Shown here piece after piece: positions 23,797 to 35,608 of a DNA stretch of 64,000 nucleotides. Origin of the DNA: Guillardia theta CCMP2712 (lineage: Eukaryota > Protista > Cryptophyta); contig NW_005434672.1 in assembly GCF_000315625.1 (NCBI RefSeq), positions 961,374 through 1,025,373 on the forward strand, given 5' to 3'. The notes under the pieces were generated by a model. The model was not told the origin of the DNA, ran no database searches, and was given only the letters and a program-made list of their open reading frames with translations. Position numbers and translations under genes: made by a program. Within the stretch, counting starts at the first letter, position 1. Each line of letters starts with the position of its first letter.

Positions 23797-25491
23797 ATGA
23801 TCCTCCTCGCCTTCTTTGTACTCCTCGGCACCTTTCCTGTGTATGGAAATACCAATATGCTATCAGATTCGAACCGCAACCCGTCGTGTATCAAAACGAT
23901 CTATCATGCATTCAACATGAGGATCAATTCTCTTCATGACAAGCTTGATTCCCTGCGAAACACTGGATATGATGCAATTCAGCTGTCTCCCTTACAGAAG
24001 TCCATTCATATGGCGAATGCGGGATTCGAATGTGGGTCTGAGTGGTGGGCTCGATACCAGCCTGTAAGCCATGAGCACATCGAGGGCCTTGGCAGTTTGG
24101 AAGATCTTCAGCGACTGTGCAACAATGCTCGGGAGAAAGGAATGATCGTCATTGCCGATGTAGTTTTCAACCATGTGTGTAGTCTTCTTTCTTGCGTCCC
24201 CTCAAGTCTTCTGACAGTACCTTGACAGATGGCGGTTGTTGCGAGCAGAGATGAGTGGCACAGGTCGGAGAAGGATTCAAAACACCGTGAACATCTCCTG
24301 AAGCGTCTAGAGGAGAGGTTTGCTCCGCTCACTCGTGCAGACTTTCACCCATGGAAGGATTGCAGCAGGGACCCTGATTGGGACAACGAGAACAGGTTCG
24401 AGGGGTGGGGAGCAGGCGAGTGGTCGGATTTGAAGCCAACAGAGAAGGTGTTGAGCATCCACAAGAAGCACCTGGATGTCCTCATGTCTGCAGGAGTGCG
24501 GGGGTTCCGTTTTGATGCTGCCAAGCACATCAGGCCCTCTACTCTGAAGCTCTACGTGGATCACATCAGGTCGAAGCAAGCTGACTGCTTCATCTACTTC
24601 GAAGTGCTCTCGGGCGATCCCAACATGCATGCAGAGACCATGAGCATCGCCGAGTCCACGGATTTCCTCCTGTGCTGGAGGCTGAGGGACATCATCCTTG
24701 GCCAGAACAGCAGGATGTTGCACGACCTGCCCGAGCTCTCCCCCTACAGCGTACGCTTCGCCAGGAACCACGACACGATCATGAACCAGGAGATGGCTCA
24801 CTCCATGGGCTACAGAAGGGACGATCACAGGTGTATCCTAGCATGGGTTATCATCATGGCGATCGATACAGGAACCGTTCTGGTCTTCCCCGAGGATCAC
24901 GACTTTCACCATCAGGACAAGCAGCCAGTGAAGAAGGCCATCGCGTTCCGCAAAGAGATGTACCTTCGGCAGGCACCTCCGCATCGGCTGCACTTCTTCA
25001 ACGCGACAGACACCCCGCCTGCGGATGAAAAACATGCTCCTCCCTGCCAGAGTGCTACGGCGGAGCAAGAGGAATTGATGAAGGACTGCGCAGAGCTGGA
25101 GAGTTTTGCTGCTCAAGCACAGCGACAGCGCGTCAAGAGGATTATGCTGGATCATGTCAGCTCCATGCGAGCACATTTGCAGCATGAAGACAGCAAGAGG
25201 CTACACAAGAGAAAGCATCATTCCATCAACGATTGCCGCGTACATGACCAAGTTGTTGCCATGACGAGGGGCGAACATGGCTTCATCCTGATGAACATGT
25301 CAAAGAAATGGGCCGAGCTGAAGAGCATGGCGTTTGAGGGCTCTGAGCTCGTCGGACATTACAAGGAGCAAGTTTTCGGCTTCGGCATAGAGATTGATGA
25401 AGCGCATGCTGTATCGTCATGGGCAGGAACGCGAGGAGGCAGCATCAAGATTGGCCCGCAGACAGCACTGATCTTCATCAAGCAGAAGTAG
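23797..25491 (+). CDS. Alpha-amylase (GH13) with signal peptide; exons 23797-24174 and 24229-25491
   Basis: WWARYQPVS, region I DVVFNH|M spanning a 54-nt intron, region II GFRFDAAKHI, region III FEVL and region IV FARNHD. N-terminus MILLAFFVLLGTFPVYG. Confidence 0.92.
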
Positions 25492-25547
25492 CTGGTCACC
25501 GGGTTAGTTCATCACAGAGCAGAAGTCAGGCAGATCCTTCATAAGTG

Positions 25548-25640
25548 AGGGCCCGGCGGTTTCAGCCCGGAATGCAACTCAGTCTTTACTCAAAGCCTGT
25601 TAAGTTAAAAATCAGTACCAACTCAGTCAGTGAGTGATGG
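25548..25640 (-). repeat. Short copy of the dispersed repeat carrying the conserved motif
   Basis: Reverse complement of 25581-25618 is GTACTGATTTTTAACTTAACAGGCTTTGAGTAAAGACT. Confidence 0.65.
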
Positions 25641-26342
25641 CACCTTGTTACTAGCGCACAAAAATCTCTATTTCTGGTACAGACGTATATTGTTATTTGG
25701 TTTTTTCCATACAAAATATAAATATATTTAGTAATCATATACTACAAACAGTGACACGAAACACTACCATGTATCATGAAAAACATTTATTGAATCAGTT
25801 ATTTTAGACATATAAAATGAGTTATTAAAATATGTACGAAGATATTGCGTCTACGGTTCTTTATTGGTAGAATTTTAATACCTTTTTAATTTTAAAAGGA
25901 CTGCGCCCCCACGACGACAGCCGCTGCCAAATATTTCGTTTTTTATCTCAAAAAAAATGCTGCAGCTTTGAAAATTTAGCGAAATTCTTCAATATGAGTT
26001 GAAACGAAAGAAGGTGCGGTCGAGATGGCCAGCGCCGAGGATCTGTAGGGGCAGGAGGAGTCATGCAGGAGATAGAAGGACAGAGAGGAGGGCAGGGAGA
26101 CGTGTGAGATTAGATTCAATGCTAGCCAGAAAATGTCCTCAGCCGAGATGTTCCTCAAGGAGAGGAGGGGCTGAGGCTGCAACGAATAGAAAAGGACGGA
26201 AGAAAAATGTGGCCGTTGACCGTGGGAAGCAGCAGTTAGTTTGATCCTTCTTAACACGGTTGACCCCGTCACTGTGTTCATTCTTGTCTTAGACAATCTT
26301 TGTCGAGCAAGTCAAAATGAGTTGTTGAATTCTTGTGCCAGC

Positions 26343-26779
26343 ATGTCTGTTGAAGGTTTGAAGGAAGTCAAGCTCCCTGCGGGTGTTACCGCAAAGGATA
26401 TCCTCCACACTGCCCCCTACAATGCCTACAACCCTCAGCAAAATCAGGTAGATGCAATCTTGCTCAATGCAACAGGTTTCCTCTTACAGTGTTGTTATAG
26501 ACGAAGCACTGCTATGCCAAGTACAACGAATTCTTCAGGCAAACTTTCCCCGTTTCATGTCACTGTCGTTGCATGCTCACGGATTTGCAGGTGCGCTGGC
26601 GTGCATGGCGAAGACGCCAAGGAGTGCAAGAAGATCAAGCACCACTTTATTTCGTTGTGCCCCGTTGAATGGGTGAGGAGATAGGAGTAACAACTTGCCT
26701 ACGTCTTCATAACTACCTGATGCAGATTGAGAAGTGGAACGACCAGCGTGAGGCGGGAACGTTTCCGGGTCCTTTATAA
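26343..26779 (+). CDS. COX6B: Cytochrome c oxidase subunit 6B; exons 26343-26447, 26501-26538, 26591-26672, 26726-26779
   Basis: Spliced product ...HTAPYNAYNPQQNQTKHCYAKYNEFFRCAGVHGEDAKECKKIKHHFISLCPVEWIEKWNDQREAGTFPGPL* has the four conserved Cys and the W..W..QR..GTFPG end. Intron 2 is GC-AG. Confidence 0.95.
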
Positions 26780-27091
26780 ATCTGTGCATCCTTTGGAAGG
26801 ACTTCGTGGAGATTTTAGGCTTCAAGGAGTCGACATGATATATATTACAGATGTTCATGGATTAAAGAACATTTGACGTTTGCACCCCTGTTGTGAAACT
26901 TCCATTCGCATCGCCATTGAAACTGTTGATCGCTTTTCTTGTCTTCACCTCACTAATACACCTTTTCAGCACGTTTTCCGTTCATACTTCGCCTTCTTGT
27001 GTTTGTTGTTGTCCTCATGCATCGTGTTCTTGCACATCGATTACAGACAAGTTCGTTCTATGCTTTTCCTTCTTTCTTCCTCCTTCACTTC

Positions 27092-28501
27092 TTAGAGACC
27101 AACGTGATCCATCGCATGATCTTCTCTGCGCAAGACATCACCATTGAACTCCACAGATCTGTCGAGCTCACTTGACAGCTCATATTCCCCAATGGCGAAA
27201 AGCTGTCCGCTCAAGAGCTCAGCTGCTACTTTCTGCATGTCGCGCTCTGACCATAACGACGATTCAGTGCTGGTATCATGAGTATCGGCCACTTACTGCC
27301 AGCGAGGATGTGCGGCTGCTTCAGAAGGTCTCGAGTCTGAGTGTAGTGCTCGGGAATTCCCCTGATCGTGCTGAAGAGAAATCATCGGATACCTACTCGC
27401 ACCTCCCCTCCCCCCCCTTTCCTCCTCCTCCTCCTCCTCTATCATCTCATCTCATCGTCTTCCCTTCCTCTATCCCCGCTCCATCTTTCCTCCCTTCTTC
27501 CACTCTTCTCTGTTTCTTCTCCTCTCCTCCTCACATCTTTCGCTCTTCCTACTCGTCTCCCTCACTCCTCATTTTGATCTCCACCTGTATCTGCCATCCA
27601 GTGAAGCTTCAAATCCTCCGGGAGGAGCGATCCCACCTCGATCCCAATCCCAGAACCACTTGCGCAACAGAACTTCGTAACCCTAGTGGCATAATCAGTA
27701 ACTCAGTAACGGTGACAATCGAACGGTTGTGACCTGATACAGCAGGAAGAGACTTTCTCCTGAGTTCTGCAATTTCTCATCAGGTTTGCATGACGGTGGT
27801 AACGCGATCGTCATCATCTTTGACCTCCGCCTTGTCGAGCTTCTCAGAGATGAAGAGCATTTTAAGATGTTTAGCAGTGACAAGTTCAGCCCAGGCCCCC
27901 TATCCACACGTTCAACGACGCTATTTGTTTTTCGAGCTCCTCATTGTCACCCGAAGGTTGCTGAAGTAGAAGATGAGAGGTTGGAGCACGTCGATTGCCT
28001 GACATCTGATCCTAGAAACTTGTTTGAGGACACGAACATGAAAGGAAAGCTTGCGATCACAATGCTGAGATCCACGGCTCTTCCAGATAGTCTTCGAGAG
28101 AGAACAAACTTCCCTTCTGTGACAACGTCAACAGCTCCATGATGACATCTTATGCAGCTACTCGTCCGCTTCTTCGGTTGAGATGCGCAAAGATGCTATC
28201 CCTTACAGCAGGAATGACGTAGTACAACCCCATCGGCGTCTTCCAGATGAGCCGAAAGTTGAAGAGCATATTGTTCAATGCCTGCAGGTGAATTAAAGAG
28301 AGGAAGAATCACGGAAAGAAACAAGCAAGGAGCAACAAGCAACACGTATCAACGTCGAGAAAATGGTTCTGAATGTTTCTCGTCACTTACTTCTATCGCT
28401 GCCGGCGTGTCTTGACTCATGGTTGCGAGCTCATCTGCCGTTAGAGGGATTCCAGCATACATCATACGAATCAAAATATCCCTGTGTCTGAAAACAACAT
28501 T

Positions 28502-28564
<63 letters not shown>

Positions 28565-30659
28565 GACTCCGTCCAACTGTTTGCAATGAAGCATCTCCTT
28601 CACCTGTCTGTCAGGAAGAAATGTGCCACACAAAGAGCGGGCCACAAGATTCTGTCGACATTCTGGTGTCGCTCATCTTCACAATCTGTCAACAACACAT
28701 CAACTGCACAACAAGAATTTCAGCCTGTCAACCTTCCAGGCAGTCAAAGTTAAGATCCAGACTGTAACCGTAATCTTTGCACCTCTCGTCCTGCAAGTTT
28801 GTACTGTCAGAACGAGAACATCTTCGACAAGGAGGAGCAGGCACTCAAACATGACGCAGAGACAACGAATTGAAATGAGACTAACTTGATACAGTGTGAC
28901 ACACTGATTCACTGAAGCTTCAGACGCGCAAGACGCTAGCATCATCGTCGCAAGAACATGCGCTTGTCCTTCCTGCCCGAGCTTCGACCCGCACAAATCT
29001 TTGAGAGCCTCGAACTCTTCTGGATCGAGATCGCCCAACTGGCTGAGTGATGGTTTGTAAGATGGCACAATGTCAAGACAGGAAGGAGCATATCGGCAAC
29101 CTGCACTGCCCCGTCCGGAGGTATGGATTTTCATAAACAATCTTTGGATGGTGTGTATCACCATATTTACATCTGACAAGAGGTAGCAAGAAGAGAGAAG
29201 TAAATAACATGTTTGGTCTCAATCGTCGTTCTTCCTCTCTACTCACCTTTCCATGTGCAAGAAGAACATTCTTTGTGCGTCACCCCCCTTGATGTTTGGA
29301 ACAGCCACAGGCAGAAACTCGACGTTGCACTTCTTCAGTAGCTCCATCGAATGTTTGACAGCGAGACTATCACATCCGTAAATCACATCGGCGGGTGTCA
29401 ACGGAGATAACAAGTCCTCCTTACAAACCTGTGATCATAACCTCGGCAGCTGATGAGGAGACGAACATTCGCCGGCATCTTCTTGAAGAAGCATGCAAGT
29501 TCCATTCTTGCTTCTTCTCTCAACGCATGCCAGTCATCGAAAACGATGATCACTTTGTTGCTCTTCAAAGCGCGCAACACTTCATTCTCCCGCATGTCAG
29601 CGAGCGGCCTGCCGGCAATTCCCAACTACACCAACATGATGAGCAACACAAGAACCGTCCAAGAGCTCCTCACAACCTTCATCATTCCTCCTGCAAGTTC
29701 AAAGAAAGTCTCCAGACTTGTCACTTGGTGCGACATGTCTGACTGCTCATCGCAGTTGCACCATAACACATGACTGACTTTCTCTCGATCAAGATACCAC
29801 AGGCTCAACTGCGCCATGAGCTCGGTGCGCCCGCACCCTGACGGGCCGTGCAGGAGCGCGGCTGTGTGTGTACACCTCCTGTCAAACGCGTCGAGCACGC
29901 TGACCATGATTTCAGATCGCCCATCATACGCCATGTTATGATGTACTCGCGCGCTCTGCCGTGTCCTCATGGCGGCGCAGCCGTTCCTCTCCGATAACCT
30001 GCATGCACCCTGATTGAGCTTCAAGGATCCTGCTGGAGCGATGGCGCGGAGAGCAATGTACAGCTTGACGAAATTGTCGCAGGCGGGATGCTCGGACTTG
30101 AAAGCTTCCATACTCCTTCTAGCTACCACATCCAAGTTCTCTTTCCCCATTGAGTCGACGATCGCAGCGATCAGGGTCTGCACGAAGGGAGAAAAAGTTG
30201 AGGAGCCTTCGGCGATTGTATCATCAAAGAGGAAGACAACAGGGCACACCCCCTCCTCCACCAAAATCTTCGCAAACTCGTCCCCAAACTGTCCCACGAC
30301 AATCATGAGCTTCGGTACTTTAGGGATCACGAGCCTGATGGTGGTCAGGTCAACGTAATCTGCCATGCCATAGCCATCCTCTAGCAAGAAGCTCTTCTGA
30401 TCCCAACTGGTTCCTGCCCCTGTGAGAAAGACGATGTCATAATCCTTGTCTTCCTCATCCATCATGTTGGACAAGCTATCTCGGCACAACTCGGGCAGGA
30501 AGGAGACTTCTACGTCGACTCCTGTCTTCGAGAGAGTCTCCGTGATGATGCTTCTGTCCTGATGCAAGCTGATGCTGGGGAGAGCCATGATCAAGCTCTT
30601 CTCCTCCCCCTCCTCCTCATTGCCAACGGGCGAGCTCCAGCCACCAGCACTGTTGCCAT
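27092..30659 (-). CDS. CHAT-like domain plus STAND (NB-ARC-like) P-loop NTPase with degenerate catalytic motifs; multi-exon, 3' end approximate
   Basis: MATVLVAGARP|ISL (53-nt intron 30575-30627). CHAT-like DIVFLTGAG...FLLEDGYG...PKLMIVVG. NTPase motifs YDGRSE, LLHGPSGCGRTEL, VIIVFDDW and RLLISCR. Winged-helix-like LIWKTPMGLYYVIPAVR. Confidence 0.6.
28502..28564. repeat. (ATC)21 microsatellite, intronic
   Basis: Perfect trinucleotide run inside a predicted intron. Confidence 0.9.
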
Positions 30660-30844
30660 GGCTATCACTTCGCCCGAAAATTGAATTGAGGGGGTGGGGT
30701 ACATGGAGTTACCCCTACCTATATAGACTTGTCAAATATCGAGAGCACCGGGTACAATATGGATGCACAGGGTAGGGGTGGTGGACCGAAACTCAAATGT
30801 TGTATGCTGCGATTGCAAGTTGTCGAGAGATGTAACGTGAGGAA

Positions 30845-30960
30845 AGGAGAGGAGAGGAGAAGAGAGGAGAGAAGAGGGGAGAGGAAAGGGAAGGTGAAGA
30901 TAAGAGAAGAGAAAGAGAGGAGAGGAGAGGAGAGGAGAGGAGAGGAGAGGAGAGGAGGAG
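30845..30960. repeat. (GGAGA)n purine-rich simple repeat
   Basis: Seen directly; intergenic. Confidence 0.8.
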
Positions 30961-31049
30961 AACGGAATGTTGGGTGGACGAAACTTTCAAGGGCACCATC
31001 TACATTACATTCATTCACAAGACATCAAAGTCGCTGTACACTACAAACA

Positions 31050-31893
31050 TCAGAAGATGAAAGTATTTCGTAGGGAGGGAAGGGAAGAGTTGTGTAGAGA
31101 TGGAAAGACGCTCGGCTTTCCAACAATCCATGGCCACTCCCCTTCCTCCTCCTCCTCCTCCTCTTTCCGACCTCTGCCTTCCCCATCGAATCTTGCGGAA
31201 CACCACGTGAGAAAAGGATGTCAAAGTATCGCAAGTTACCTCAACTTAGGAACTTGGGGGAGCTTGTTTGAAACATCGTCCTGAGCGGAATCAGCCATTT
31301 CATCATCATTGCTGATAATGTTGAGGGGGATCACCTTTCTCCCTCCCTCCTCCTCCTTCGTCTTCTCTTTCGTGTCCTCGCCTTCTTGATCAAGGACAGG
31401 TCGCCGGTTGGAGGAGATGAATGGCATCGTGCTTGCTGCTCGCTTCTCGACCAACTGCATGCAAAGCATCAGGAGGAAGGGAGCAGGAGAAGGGGGGGAG
31501 GGAAAGATCATGGGGAAGGGGAGATAGTGGGAGGAGAGGAGATGTAGTGGGAGGAGAGGAGATGGTGGTAGGAGAGGAGATGGTGGGGGGAGAGGAGATG
31601 GTGGGGGGAGAGGAGATGGTGGGAGGAGTGGAGTAGGAATTACCTCTGGATTCTTGGAGCTCCGCAGATTGTCTTTGATTTCTCTCTCCCTGACCAGAAC
31701 GCTAAGAGCAGAAGGGGAGAGAAGGAGCAGAGGCAAGTAGAGGAGAGGTACGGACGAGAAAAGAAGGTAAAAGGGAAAGGGGACGACGTTACCTTGTGAT
31801 GATGTCTGACTTGTTCCAGTAGCCATCATCTGCACACCAGGCAAATCACGATCATCGTCATCGTCAATCGCAGTCGTTATCACGACACCAATT

Positions 31894-31953
<60 letters not shown>

Positions 31954-34900
31954 GTGTTTTTTGCTCACTTGACATGTCCACACTGAGAGGATTCGAACGC
32001 AGCTTCAGCAAGTACGGCGGGATAATTTGTTGTCCTCCCTGCCGCAAGCTGTTCGATCTGTTGCGTTTCGACCGAGCAATGGGTGCTTTCTGCGCTGCGT
32101 CCTCCATTGACGACGACGCCATTTCCTGTCCCCTTCCTCTTTCAGGCAGTCCGTGGGGAGACGAGCTTGCAGGGGCAGGAGAGGCGAATTTCTCCTGCCT
32201 CCTCCTCCTCCTCTTCAGCCTCATGTAGATCTGTTCCACTTGGTTCTCCTCCTCCTCCACCACCTCCCTCATCACATCCTCAAGGTACGTCCTGACAAAC
32301 TCGTTCCACCGCACGTTTGACCGATGGAACAGCCTTCTCTGCTTCACCACCGACTCCACGAACTTGGTCATCTGCCCCCTCTGCAGTGCTTCTGATACCG
32401 CTAGCTTCAGCTCCTCGAACCTCTCCTCTACCATGATGTCCACAAAACGGTTCCAGTCGTTGAACGATGCCACCACACACGCGTTCTTCATCCTGTACGC
32501 CATCCGCTCGAGGATTCTGCGGTTCCTCCTCAGCTCTTGCCACTTGTCCCGCCATAGCTCAAAGCACTGGTACATGGGTCTCTTCAGCCAACGGAGGAGG
32601 AGAGCGCTGCTAGCGCACATCTGCTCCCGCAGCGCGATCTTGGTATCCTGCACCAGGTCTGACCAGAGGAGGAGGCAGGTGAGAGCGTTCCTGTTCTTGA
32701 TCCTGTTGACGATGAAACGCATGTGCGCCATCCTCTCCACGTAGTCATGCAGAGCAAGAACGCATCGCTGAGCAGGGCGCATCCTGAACCTCTCGCGGAA
32801 CTTGGCGATGACAGCACGGAAGTACTTGCGAATGAGGACGAGCTCGTCGAAGGCTCTGAATGCATGCACCTTCCTTACGTTCAACCAGATCATGAGCGCA
32901 TCCGCCACGAGGCTCCTGTTGTACCTTATTGACCGTATGATGTACTCCCAGTCCACTAGCGCCTCCCACTTGTGAGAAATTTCTCTCTTCCGCTGAATCG
33001 CCCGCGTGATCGTCTTCATCTCCAACTCTACCTTGCAGTACTCTCTCCACTTCCTCCACGCCTCGTACTCTGACTGTCTCTTCCATCGGATCATCGCGCG
33101 TTTGTTCTTCCTGGCAAGAGCAGACCAGTTCCACACGACTGATCTCAGCAAGTCACCTCCGAGCAGCGCCAGGATGTTGGAGCACTTGTCTCTTAGCTTC
33201 GTCATGATCTCGTCGTCCGGCTGCCACCAGGGACCTTCAACGCACATCACCTCCACCCAGTTCTCCCATCCCTTCACCATGGGCCCCCGTACGACCTTCT
33301 CCAGGAACCGCCTGCTCCTCTTCATCTTGCTCGTGTGCTGCATCCATGACAGGAAGCAGGCGGAGAAGAACTCTCCTGTGATCAGCGCCAGCACTTTCCC
33401 GCACCTCTCTTGCACTCGCTCCATCAGCATGGCAGTCTCGTAAAACGTCTCGTCCACCCACGCGTCCATGGCCTTGCTCAGGCTGCTGTTGAAGAACCTT
33501 GCCCTCGCTCGCTTGTTCTTCCCCACCAGCTCCCTCCACTGCTGGAAACACGCTTGCATGTAGTTCCCGCTCATCGCTGCCAGGAAGTTGGAGCATTTCT
33601 CCTCCAGCAGGCGCTTCACTGCGGCATCCGGCTCCCACCAGGAGCCCTCGGTGCACATGTACTCGACCCAGAGGTCCCACCCGAAGAAGAGCATCGCGTT
33701 CATCCATCGCTTCATGGCCCGGTGCTTCTTCACTAGGATCTCCTTCCACTCGCTGAAGCAGACGTGAGTCCACTGGCCTGACATGAGCGAGAGGAAGCGA
33801 GAGCAGCGCTTCTTCACCTCCTCCTCAAGCTTCGCGTCCGGGCTCCACCAAGGCCCGTCGGTCAGCATGTAGTCGTACCACACAGAGAAGCACAGGTGAC
33901 TGGCTGAGCTCGACTGCTTGGCGAACTGCATGGCGATCTGAAGGGCGTTCTTGCGCTGAGCTTTCAGTTCGACATTCATCTTCATTGAACGGAATCCCAA
34001 GTACAAAGATCTCTGAAACAAACTCGCCGTTGCTCTCCTTAGCTTCGCTTTGAACTCCAAGCTCTGGGCCCTGAAAAACTTCCAGAGCAAGAAGCATTTG
34101 TACACAACAAGGTTGGTGAAAAAACCCATCAGCCTCCTCATCTTTCTCGCATGCAGCTCCTTGGCAAACTCCCCTCTGGTCAAGAAACCTCGTCCGAGCG
34201 CTTGTATCTTGCTAGCAGCTGTCCCTTGGATGTTTCTGCGAGCGACGTCGGCATTCATTGAGTTGAGATCCTGGCGCTCTGTGCGGGCGATGTTCGCAAT
34301 GCTGGGAACCACCCGCGCTCGGATGAGCGGCATGCAGCTCGACTTGTTGTAGGAGAGAGCAGCGAGGAAAGAAACAGCAGCGGAGACGAGGGCTGGGGTA
34401 TTGCCTATCAGCAATATCGGTCTGACCTTGTTGACGATGCCATGGCGAAAGAACAGCTCATGGGACCTCCAGTGCGCGTTGGCAATGTTGGTTGCTGCAT
34501 GCAGGAAACCAAACTTGACGCGATCGGTGGTGTAATGCGGAAAATTGCTGAGCATACCAGCAATAGTCTCCATCAGGCATGTCGAAGTTCTCAGCGCCTG
34601 CTCCACCTGAGCGAGCTCTTCCTCGCCGATCTCATCCTCTGCCATGTTGGGAAACGCTGCTCGCATCCTCTCCTCTCTACCGGAGAAGTACTGGAAGTCG
34701 ACAAGCTTCTCTACCACGAGCTCGTTGGCATATACGAACTGAGTCATAGCCAGCGATACCCACCATTGCAGCTGCTCGTGCTTCGAGTTTCGCACGAGCT
34801 TCAGCAGGCTGTGGGCAGCTCCCGACAAGACGATGGCTTTCTGCTGTGACATCTGATCATTGAGATTGTCTGACTTGGCCATTCCTGCCAGAGCCTTCGC

Positions 34901-35280
34901 TGCCTCTACTTGGTCGTCTACGACCGTCGCCGAGTTCTTCAGGACTTCGGCCAACGTCTGGACATCTTTGAACCAATCATGGGATTGTTCCATTTCAGCA
35001 AGTGGCAGATGATCAAGCTGTTGATCTTCTGTCTTGCACTGTTCTGTCTTGCACTGTTCCTATCTCATGTCTTGACCCCTCCCAACAACCCACATCAGTT
35101 CCCAATCACAACCCATTTGTTGTGATAGCACTACGATTCTTCAACTGTTCGCTTCTCTAACATGTCATTGCAAGCATGTTGATCATTCCTTCACAAAATT
35201 TTCACAACATGTGCCATGGAATCGCAATAGACCTTCTCCTCCACTCGCCCGCATCTGCCCTCCACTGGAGCATCTGCCAT
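31050..35280 (-). CDS. Protein with ARM repeats, an IQ motif and Sfi1-like (centrin-binding) Trp repeats; main exon 31949-34993, small flanking exons approximate
   Basis: ARM-like AAKALAGMA...IVLSGAAHSLLKLV and AAVSFLAALSY. IQ motif AASKIQALGRGFLTR. Many xxCFxxW repeats. A GTGAGC donor before the (GAT)n run continues the frame into downstream exons ending ...LRNTFIF* at 31050. Confidence 0.7.
31552..31625. repeat. About 18-bp tandem repeat GGAGAGGAGATGGTGGGG, about 4 copies, intronic
   Basis: Seen directly. Confidence 0.75.
31894..31953. repeat. (ATC)20 microsatellite, intronic
   Basis: Perfect run; it produces the spurious poly-Met ORF. Confidence 0.9.
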
Positions 35281-35608
35281 GCCTCAAGACTAACTGACAA
35301 CTACTGCGAGGGGGTCCTCCCAAAGCAAAGTCTCCAATAAACTTTTGAAAATATCTTCTTTGAATTGAAAATAAAATGAAATTTACGGGTATAGTTTGAA
35401 ATTAAGCAGGACAGTGGTCCTGGGGGTAGTGTGTGGACTCGTGGTTGACTTGGTCGTGCATACCAGACAAGAACACTTTTGACGAGAAAAACCGTGAAGT
35501 AGAGTGAGCAAATCGATGAAAGGTTTCATGTCTTGTCTTCAAGCCGTGTTCTATTTACATTGACAGCAAAGTTTGCCCTTGTGTTGAAGTTACCCATTCC
35601 GTCTCAGT

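Noticed and set aside
30845-30960. Telomere-like purine repeats
   Set aside because: Irregular GGAGA runs between genes; they match no fixed telomeric unit.
31236-31952. Poly-Met ORF, and the poly-Ile/Asp/Arg ORFs at 28349-28753 and 59253-59690
   Set aside because: Translations of intronic microsatellites.
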